Origin: Promethearchaeota archaeon Loki_b32
GTDB lineage: Archaea; Asgardarchaeota; Lokiarchaeia; Sigyniarchaeales; SOKP01
DNA: 40,060 bases
Direction of reading: 5' to 3'
NCBI GenBank assembly: GCA_005223125.1
Contig: NJBH01000034.1
Span: forward strand, 1 to 40,060
Part shown: piece by piece, positions 1 to 7,798 of the stretch
Layout of the letters: each line of letters starts with the position of its first letter
Position numbering within the stretch: position 1 is the first letter of the stretch
Translations under genes and position numbers: made by a program
The notes under the pieces: generated by a model
Seen by the model: only the letters and a program-made list of their open reading frames with translations
Database searches by the model: none
Told to the model about the DNA's origin: nothing

Positions 1-18
1 AAAAGAGGTAAGAATCAA

Positions 19-954
19 ATGTCAAATGAAGAAGAAAGAGATAATAGGATTCAAAAAGAAGAGAAAGAAACGGACATGGGTAGGGTAAGATTAGAGTTGA
101 ATACAATCCGGGATGATCTCATGTATGAATTAGACGATCTTCATGATGATTTAAAGGATGTGATTGAAGATTTAGAGGATGAGGCTGAGGATATAAAAGA
201 TGATTTGAAGGATGAGTTGGAAGAACTTATGGAAGAACGAGAATCTTTACTTGAAGAAGTTGGAGATATAAGGGGAGAATTAGAGCTGTATGGAGAAGAT
301 GCTAGGGATCATATTGAACATGCTAAGGAAAGACTTGAAAAATTAAAACAGAAGATTGAAAATCATGAAGCTAAGTTTGCTGAAAAAGTTTTAAAGAAGG
401 TAGAAAAAGCAAAAAAGAAAGTAGCGAGGATAAACATTTCTGTAGATCCTGAGATGAGTGAAGAATGGAGGGGTTGGGCAGAGGGTTTAGGAGCTTCAGT
501 TTCAGAGTTGGTTCGAAAATCTATGAAGTTTGTGAAGAACAATGTTGGAGATTTAAAGAAGTTAGAGCAGTGGGGGCGTAATATGGAGAAAATGGGAGAG
601 GGTATAGAAAAAGCAGTAAAGGACTCTGGGATAGAGGAGTTAGGGGAAAGACTTGAGAAAGAATTCGGTAAAAAGAAAGGAAAAGGCAAGGCAAAAGTGA
701 GTATAGCGGTCGTTCAGGATACCGATAAAGAACGGATAAAAAAGAGAGTGAGTGGTTTGATAAAACTCCACAAGAGTCTGCCTATTGAAAAATTTGCACA
801 AGCATGTTGTAAATCAAAAGAAGATGCTGAAAACTTGGTATATGAAATGGTCGCGGATGGTATTGAGGGCACTCTTGAAGAAGGTGAGTTTAAATTCACG
901 AGTACTTCAGACGAAGTAATATCAAAATTAAAAGAATTAATTGATAAAATGTAG
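19..954 (+). CDS. Hypothetical protein: acidic coiled coil + ribbon-helix-helix-like segment + C-terminal PCI/winged-helix-like domain
   Basis: 311-aa ORF. The N-terminal ~130 aa are D/E/L/K heptad-like. RINISVDPEMSEEWRGWAEGLGASVSELVRKSM fits the CopG/RHH pattern. The C-terminal LPIEKFAQ...EDAENLVYEMVADGIEGTLEEGEF resembles the PCI winged-helix pattern. GAGGT RBS-like motif upstream. Confidence 0.6.
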   Translation: MSNEEERDNRIQKEEKETDMGRVRLELNTIRDDLMYELDDLHDDLKDVIEDLEDEAEDIKDDLKDELEELMEERESLLEEVGDIRGELELYGEDARDHIEHAKERLEKLKQKIENHEAKFAEKVLKKVEKAKKKVARINISVDPEMSEEWRGWAEGLGASVSELVRKSMKFVKNNVGDLKKLEQWGRNMEKMGEGIEKAVKDSGIEELGERLEKEFGKKKGKGKAKVSIAVVQDTDKERIKKRVSGLIKLHKSLPIEKFAQACCKSKEDAENLVYEMVADGIEGTLEEGEFKFTSTSDEVISKLKELIDKM

Positions 955-975
955 AGAAGGATGTGATTTATTAAA

Positions 976-2085
976 ATGATTAAACATGTTTATGAGAAAC
1001 TGGCTAAGATTGCTGTCGAGTATTCACTTGAGATAGAGAAGGGACATACGGTTTATATATCGGGGCCCTCATTTGCGATGGAATTATTTCAAGCTTTAAA
1101 CATGGAAATAATTAAAGCTGGGGCTCATCCATTGATTGTTCCAGGAATAGAAGGGATACGAGAAACCTTTTTTAAATGGGCATCTGACGAACAGTTGGTA
1201 TACGTCGGTAAAGCTGAAGAGCTAATATTTACCGAATTTGATCGTTTAATTGAAATACAGGCAGATTATAATACACGTAAATATAGTAATATTGGCCCGA
1301 AAAGATTGTCGATATTTATGGGTACTGCCAAAAGGGCCGAGTTAAGAAAAATTCAGGAGCAGAGAACTTCAAGTGGAGAATTAAAGTGGGTTGTAATTCC
1401 TTATCCTTGCAATGCTTATGCCCAAGAGGCAAATATGGATTTATTTTCATATTCCGATTTTGTAAACAAGAGCTTGTTTTTAGATAAGGAAAACCCTATT
1501 GAGGAATGGCAGAATATGCAGAAAAAACAAGATTTAATTATTGAAAAATTAAATAAACTTAAGCAAATTCAGGTTATTGGAGAAGATACGGATTTATCAC
1601 TATCAGTAGAAGGACGAAAATGGATAAATTGTTGTGGTAAGAGTAATTTACCCGACGGTGAAATTTATACTGGTCCTGTTGAAGATTCTATTAATGGACA
1701 TATTAGATTTACATATCCGGGGATATACATGGGGAAAGAAGTCGAAGATATCTATTTAGAGTTTGATGATGGAGAAGTAATTAAAGCGACTGCGGCAAAA
1801 GGAGAAGATATTCTTCAAGAGATATTGACGGTAGAGAACGCCGATAGAATTGGAGAATTTGCGATTGGGACGAATTATGGGGTTTCCAAATTCACAAAAA
1901 ATATGTTGTTTGATGAAAAAATCGGTGGAACATTGCATTGTGCCCTAGGGCTTGGCTTTGAATTATCTGGTTCTAAGAATGTTTCTTCAGTTCACTGGGA
2001 CATACTAAAGGATATGAAAGTACCAGGCTCAAAAATTATAGCAGATGATAAAATCATTTATGAAGAAGGAAAATGGAAAATTTAA
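976..2085 (+). CDS. Aminopeptidase, peptidase family M29 (AmpS/AmpT-like thermophilic metalloprotease)
   Basis: Motifs NLPDGEIYTGP, IGEFAIGTN, LFDEKIGGTLHCALG and SSVHWDIL are typical of M29. Confidence 0.93.
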   Translation: MIKHVYEKLAKIAVEYSLEIEKGHTVYISGPSFAMELFQALNMEIIKAGAHPLIVPGIEGIRETFFKWASDEQLVYVGKAEELIFTEFDRLIEIQADYNTRKYSNIGPKRLSIFMGTAKRAELRKIQEQRTSSGELKWVVIPYPCNAYAQEANMDLFSYSDFVNKSLFLDKENPIEEWQNMQKKQDLIIEKLNKLKQIQVIGEDTDLSLSVEGRKWINCCGKSNLPDGEIYTGPVEDSINGHIRFTYPGIYMGKEVEDIYLEFDDGEVIKATAAKGEDILQEILTVENADRIGEFAIGTNYGVSKFTKNMLFDEKIGGTLHCALGLGFELSGSKNVSSVHWDILKDMKVPGSKIIADDKIIYEEGKWKI

Positions 2086-2156
2086 AGTAAATAATTAAAA
2101 AAACACATAAAAAATACAATATTTACCAAAATAATTAGGGAATTAGGGGATGTATT

Positions 2157-3443
2157 TTGGAAGAAACTGCAAATAAGGAAACATTTAAGAGTTATTTGAT
2201 TTTTTGGTCGGGGCAATTATTTTCTTTACTCGGATCGATGGTGGTGTTTTTTGTTATAATCGTTTGGATTGCACAGGTCTATAAAGATCCAATGATAAGT
2301 GCTTTTGCTTCATTTTTATATATACTAATGATGACCATTTGTATGCCTTTTGCCGGTGTTATTGCAGATCGAATTAATCGAAAGACCTTAATTTTAATCG
2401 TGGATTCACTACAGGCATATGTTACAATTATCTTGATAATTTTGTTTCAATTTGGTGTAGCTAATATTTGGATTGTTTTTATCTTCATTAGTCTACGTAG
2501 TGTATTCCAAGCGTTCCATGTACCTACGGTTAACGCAATTATTCCGACGATGGTTCCTAAAGACAAATTATCACGGATTAATGGTATTAACTTTTTATTT
2601 ACTGGTATAGTTCAGCTTTTTGCACCCTTTATCGGAGCAACATTATTAGTGTTTTTGCCATTTTATATGATTCTTTGGGTCGATGTTATTACATTTTTTA
2701 TCGCTTTGATACCATTATTACTGATAACCATACCATCAGTTAAGCAGATCAGTCTAAAAGAAGAAAAAGTAGAAAAGAGCTCTTTTATAAAGGAATTTAG
2801 ACTAGGGCTAAAAACGTTAAAAATCATTCCAGGGGTAATTACTATGGTCGTCTTATCGATGCTTCTAAATTTCATAATAAGACCAGTCGATTCACTCATG
2901 GCGCTATATATTTTTGATTTTCATGGAGGAAAAGAAGGAAATTTGGCAATTACTCAAATGGTTTTCACAGGAGGGATGATCGCTGGAGCAATACTTACAT
3001 CAATTAAAAAGAATTGGAATAATAAAATCCGTGTAATATTTATTAGCCTTGTAATTGCATTATTAGGATATTTGATATTTGCTTTAGCTCCACCAGGGTT
3101 TTATATTATTTTAGGCTTAGGTGGTGCAATATTGGGATTCAATTTACCAATAATTAATTCCCTTTATCAAACATTTGTACAAACTACGGTTCCTGCTGAT
3201 AAACTTGGACGGGTAACTTCAATTGATCATGCCTTATCTTCAGCAATTTCACCTATTGGCGCGCTAATTTCAGGACCATTAGCGCTCTTATTTGGGATTC
3301 AAACTTTGTTTATCTACTGTAGCCTAATAGGTATTTTATCTACACTCGGATTTTGGAGTTTTACTGGCATTCGGAAAGTAGATATGGATAGCAAAGGTGC
3401 ACTCGAAGTAATTAATAGTAAAATTGAAAATATATCAATCTAA
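2157..3443 (+). CDS. MFS transporter (MefA/DHA3-like efflux family), paralog 1
   Basis: About 12 hydrophobic segments, FWSGQLFSLLGS N-terminus, MFS motif A GVIADRINRK and PADKLGRV. TTG start after AGGGGAT. Confidence 0.92.
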   Translation: MEETANKETFKSYLIFWSGQLFSLLGSMVVFFVIIVWIAQVYKDPMISAFASFLYILMMTICMPFAGVIADRINRKTLILIVDSLQAYVTIILIILFQFGVANIWIVFIFISLRSVFQAFHVPTVNAIIPTMVPKDKLSRINGINFLFTGIVQLFAPFIGATLLVFLPFYMILWVDVITFFIALIPLLLITIPSVKQISLKEEKVEKSSFIKEFRLGLKTLKIIPGVITMVVLSMLLNFIIRPVDSLMALYIFDFHGGKEGNLAITQMVFTGGMIAGAILTSIKKNWNNKIRVIFISLVIALLGYLIFALAPPGFYIILGLGGAILGFNLPIINSLYQTFVQTTVPADKLGRVTSIDHALSSAISPIGALISGPLALLFGIQTLFIYCSLIGILSTLGFWSFTGIRKVDMDSKGALEVINSKIENISI

Positions 3444-3483
3444 ATTTTTTTCTTATTTTTTTCAATAGAAATATTTAGAGAAG

Positions 3484-4743
3484 GTGAGTAAGATTACAGA
3501 AAAATTAGAAAATTCACAAACCTTTAAGAGCTATATCTTATTTTGGGTAGGACAACTATTTTCAATATTAGGATCAGGAATTTCACAGTTTACAATTATT
3601 TGGTGGATAACTGAGACAACTGGAAGTACAATGTTGCTTTCATTGGCGAGTTTTTTTTACATTTTACCAATGACAATTATGATTGCCCTAGCTGGTGTTG
3701 TTATTGATAGATGGAATCGAAAGACGATCATTGTAGTAGTAGATTCGCTTCAAGCATTTTGTATGCTTATAGTTGTGTTACTATTTAATTTTGGAATAGA
3801 AAATCCAATAATTATAATAATAATAATGAGTTTACTCGGAGTTTTTCAAGGATTTCATATTCCGACAGTAAATGCGATTATTCCTACAATGGTACCTAAG
3901 GATAAATTAAGTAGAATGAATGGTGTTAATTCATTCTTCCGCAGTTTCATTCAGATAATAGGCCCTGTGGTATCTGCAATGTTGATAGCAATAATACCAA
4001 TAAGAATCATACTTTGGATTGATCCGATTACGTTTTTAATAGCATTTATACCATTGTTGATAGTAAAAATACCTAAAGTTAAGCGAGAAGAACACTCAAT
4101 TAAAAAAAATTCATATCTAGAGGATTTTAAAATTGGGTTTCGTACTTTAAAACTGATTCCTGTAGTATTCATGATGCTTTTGATCTCGATGTTCATTAAC
4201 TTTCTGCTAAGACCTTTTAGTATCTTTATGCCCTATTTTATAAAATTTAATCACTCAGGAACAGCAACAAATTTGGCAATTGTTATGGTTTTTATGAATG
4301 GGGGTATGTTGTTAGGATCATTAATTACATCTATTAAAAAAGAATGGAAGCATGGGCATTTTATCTATTTTAGTGGAGAATTAATTTTAATGATAATGTT
4401 TGGAATTATGGCTATTTCTCCCCATGGATACTTTTTATTAATGTGGGTAGCATTAGGTATTTTAGGCACGGTAATACCCATTATTAATACAATTTATTTA
4501 ACAATAATGCAGAAAAAAGTACCAGCAGATAAAATGGGACGGATTTCTTCTATTGATTGGGCAATTTCAATGGCAATATCTCCAATCGGAGCACTAATTG
4601 CTTGGCCTTTGGCTGAGATTTTCGGAGTGCCGAATTTATTTGTTTTATGTTCAATTTCAGGAGTTATAATCACTATTATAATTTGGTGGATTTCACATAC
4701 TAGAATAAACAATCATAATTACGGATCACAATTCTTTTTTTAA
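3484..4743 (+). CDS. MFS transporter (MefA/DHA3-like), paralog 2
   Basis: FWVGQLFSILGS, GVVIDRWNRK and PTMVPKDKLSRMNG are shared with paralog 1. GTG start. Confidence 0.92.
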   Translation: MSKITEKLENSQTFKSYILFWVGQLFSILGSGISQFTIIWWITETTGSTMLLSLASFFYILPMTIMIALAGVVIDRWNRKTIIVVVDSLQAFCMLIVVLLFNFGIENPIIIIIIMSLLGVFQGFHIPTVNAIIPTMVPKDKLSRMNGVNSFFRSFIQIIGPVVSAMLIAIIPIRIILWIDPITFLIAFIPLLIVKIPKVKREEHSIKKNSYLEDFKIGFRTLKLIPVVFMMLLISMFINFLLRPFSIFMPYFIKFNHSGTATNLAIVMVFMNGGMLLGSLITSIKKEWKHGHFIYFSGELILMIMFGIMAISPHGYFLLMWVALGILGTVIPIINTIYLTIMQKKVPADKMGRISSIDWAISMAISPIGALIAWPLAEIFGVPNLFVLCSISGVIITIIIWWISHTRINNHNYGSQFFF

Positions 4744-4744
4744 T

Positions 4745-6005
4745 TTACTCATTTAATTTTTCATTATTAACATTAATTTCTTTATCATAATCCACGTGTC
4801 GAAGCCCAGTGAACATGTAAGCTGAGATTGATATAATTATTCCTAATATTGCACAATAAAAATATAGCCAAGCCGCACCATAAATTTCACTTAAAGGTCC
4901 CGAGACAATCGCTCCTATAGGTGAAGCAACCATTGCCAAGGTATTAAGAATAGAAAACACTCTACCCATCTTATCTTGAGGAATTGTTTTTTGTACAACT
5001 GTTAACACTATTGTATTAATAATCAGTAGAAAGAAACCTAGTATAAATACTCCAGAGCCCATCAATGGATAAAATCCAATCGGAGCAATCGCATACATTA
5101 AATAACCAGTGAATATAATAATCATTCCAATAACCATTGTTCTAATTGAATTTTTCCATTTCTTTTTAATTATAGGGATTATCGCTCCAATAATTATGCC
5201 CCCTGTAAAATCATTTCTACTATTGCTAACATAAAATTATCCCCACTATGTACAATCTTTATAAAGTAAGGCATTAGAATAATCAAAGGTTGAATTAGCA
5301 TGTTTAATAACATCGCGATAGCCATAATTGTTAAAAGCCCTGGAATAGTTCTAATTGCAGTATAACCTTCCCTCATGTCTCTTATAAATGAATTCTTTTC
5401 TCCTCCATCTGAATTGACATGAACAGTAGGAATTTTAATTAACAACAATGGAATTAAAGCAATAAAGTATGTAATTACATCAGCCCATAATACTATTTGT
5501 ATAGGAAAGAAGAATAATAAGGTTGCTCCAACAGCGGGTCCTATTAATTGAATTAGTCCCGTACAAAAAAAATTAACACCATTTATTCTTCCTAACTTGT
5601 CCTTCGGAACCATAGAAGGCATTATTGCTCCCACCGTTGGGGAATGAAATGATTGAAATACACTCCTAATACCTATAAAAATAAACACAATCCATACTTC
5701 AGCAGCGTTGAACATAAAAATCAAAGTTAAAATAAATGTAAAAAATGCTTGTAATGAATCCACAATTAAAATTATTGTCTTTCGATTGTGACGATCCGAT
5801 ATAACCCCCGCAAAAGGAGTTATAATTAACATTGGAATCAAAAAAATGAAACTACCTAAAGCTAACATTGATGCACTGCCAGTCACATCCGTAATCCATA
5901 CAAATATCACAAAAAAGACTACTAATGACCCCAACAATGAAAACAATTGACCTGACCAAAAAAAATATAGCTTCTAAACGTATGCTCATCTGCTAACTCT
6001 GCTAT
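4745..6005 (-). pseudogene. MFS transporter paralog 3, broken by two single-base frameshifts (pseudogene or sequencing error)
   Basis: ORFs 5194-5946 and 4745-5137 are consecutive parts of one MFS protein. Adding one base to the A8 run at 5958-5965 restores TFRSYIFFWSGQLFS. Adding one base near 5199-5210 restores MIFTGGIIIGA or MILQGGIIIGA (paralog: MVFTGGMIAGA). The restored length is about 420 aa from an ATA at 6005. Confidence 0.88.
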
Positions 6006-6105
6006 AAATATCCCCTAATTTCCTAATTTTTTTTTTCCTAATTTCCTTTTTTTAATTACAGATTTTATATTTTCCATTTTCCTTCTTCATATATTACTTT
6101 TATTA

Positions 6106-6624
6106 TTAGTTCTCCTCTTTTAAATTTTTATAATGTCTTCTGATCCAATTCAACAAGTCTCTGCTTTTCCTTGGAAAATTAGTAGAAATTATTTTTTTAA
6201 CAGTTTTTTTTACCTCAGGATCTTCATCTGAAAGAAGACAACTTTCAAGAATACTGTATGCTCTGTCGCTTTTAAGATTTAATATTTTAAATGCTAGGAT
6301 GCTAACCTTTCTAGTTTCACTATTTTCACTATTTTCAATGAAATAATTTAATAACTCAATAGCTTCGGTTTTAGTCATCGTTTTAGAAGTAACATAATCA
6401 TAAATTTTCGCTACTGTTAACTCATTGCTCATATATTCTAATGCATCTTGATATAATAATTGTCTATTTTCTGGAAGATTTACATCTTGTCCTTTTTTTC
6501 TTAAATCAAAAGGACAGTCATGATTTTCAGGTAATCTATGCCTGTTACAAAAAACCATGCCACAGAATTTACACCGGTATGGAATATCCTTTATTACAAT
6601 ATCACATTGATAGCAAATTGTCAA
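6106..6624 (-). CDS. AN1-type zinc finger protein with C-terminal HEAT-like helical repeats
   Basis: CYQC...CKFCGMVFCNRHRLPENHDC is the AN1 finger signature. ILESCLLSDEDPEVKK and ENSENSETRKVSILAF are HEAT-like. Confidence 0.85.
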   Translation of the reverse strand: MTICYQCDIVIKDIPYRCKFCGMVFCNRHRLPENHDCPFDLRKKGQDVNLPENRQLLYQDALEYMSNELTVAKIYDYVTSKTMTKTEAIELLNYFIENSENSETRKVSILAFKILNLKSDRAYSILESCLLSDEDPEVKKTVKKIISTNFPRKSRDLLNWIRRHYKNLKEEN

Positions 6625-6719
6625 ATTTTTACCTTTTGAATCATAAAAAATGGGCTATATTAATCATATAAATATAGTAAAATCAAGTATAAATAATCAA
6701 CAAAAAATTTAAGGTTAAA

Positions 6720-6926
6720 ATGAACGATAAAAAAAATACAATAAAGATTTGGCTCATTTTTAGCGTGTTATTGATGATATTGCTTATTTTCTCTGTTTTT
6801 TTCTGGGATTTTTATTCTGGCACTGATACTCAAGGATTTGGAGTTTTGGAGCCTTATTATGACATGGGTATGTTCTACATTTACATGAAGAATGTACTCT
6901 TATTTTATTTCTTTTCATTTTTTTAA
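6720..6926 (+). CDS. Small hypothetical membrane protein, possibly 3'-truncated
   Basis: 68-aa ORF with a basic N-terminus and a clear hydrophobic helix. Its end overlaps the end of the convergent PIN gene. Confidence 0.45.
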   Translation: MNDKKNTIKIWLIFSVLLMILLIFSVFFWDFYSGTDTQGFGVLEPYYDMGMFYIYMKNVLLFYFFSFF

Positions 6927-7448
6927 TTCATTTGCCTTATCTAATAATGTTTTATATTGTGTTTTCTCCATCCACAAACCGATATCAATCATTTTATCAA
7001 GTAGTTCATTAAACTCCTGATAATCTTTTATAATTCCTTTTTCAAGAGCATCCAAAAGTACTTCAGAGCTCCATTTAGTCTTGATACCTTTTGATTCAGC
7101 AATGATTCTGGCTTTTTTATCATTTATAAGTAATAAATCTGCATTTAATTCTAAACTTAAAGCTATTGCATATGCTTCACCACGTCCCAATTCTTTGGTG
7201 AGATTTAAAGCAACTTCACGATATTCTTTTTTTTCAGGATCTTTAACAATCAGCCACCCCTCTTCTTTTGCTTTAATTTCATATTTAATGTCTGGAGGAA
7301 CCTTCCCATCTGGTTTAGATAGTGGATGGATCAACTCTTCCCAGACGGCATTAGGAACAAAAATCTTTAAATATAAATCTTTTAATAGAGTTAAATTCCC
7401 AATCTTAGCAAAAAATATAATAGGAGAAGTATCAGAAATGACTATCAT
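6915..7448 (-). CDS. PIN-domain protein, DUF3368 family (VapC-like toxin)
   Basis: IVISDTSPII, VPNAVWEEL, LGRGEAYAIALSLE and LLLINDKKAR match the DUF3368-type PIN pattern. It lies directly downstream of a UPF0175 gene. Confidence 0.88.
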   Translation of the reverse strand: MIVISDTSPIIFFAKIGNLTLLKDLYLKIFVPNAVWEELIHPLSKPDGKVPPDIKYEIKAKEEGWLIVKDPEKKEYREVALNLTKELGRGEAYAIALSLELNADLLLINDKKARIIAESKGIKTKWSSEVLLDALEKGIIKDYQEFNELLDKMIDIGLWMEKTQYKTLLDKANELKK

Positions 7449-7459
7449 ATAAATCAGAC

Positions 7460-7684
7460 TTAAATATGGATAGGAATTCTAGCTTTTACACGAATCATAT
7501 CCATTTCACGATATGATATTCGTGCAATTTCAGAAGCTTTACCAATTGATATCTCTCCTCGCATATATAACTCTAAAGCATCTTGAATGATCTCTGAAAG
7601 AGATCTTATATATTCCCAATCTATTGGTTTAATTAAATCCTCTTGATTGAACCAATATTGATTTACATCACTTTTTTGAACCAT
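7460..7684 (-). CDS. UPF0175 family putative antitoxin
   Basis: ALELYMRGEISIGKASEIARISYREM is the UPF0175 HTH pattern. It sits 11 nt upstream of the PIN gene. Confidence 0.85.
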   Translation of the reverse strand: MVQKSDVNQYWFNQEDLIKPIDWEYIRSLSEIIQDALELYMRGEISIGKASEIARISYREMDMIRVKARIPIHI

Positions 7685-7798
7685 GCTTATTTTCTCAATT
7701 TCTTCTTCATTAACTTATAGGAAATCCTCATATTAATTTTTATGCATTTAAGAATAGATTGATATCTGTAAAATAGCATTATTGAAAATTACTGAAAT

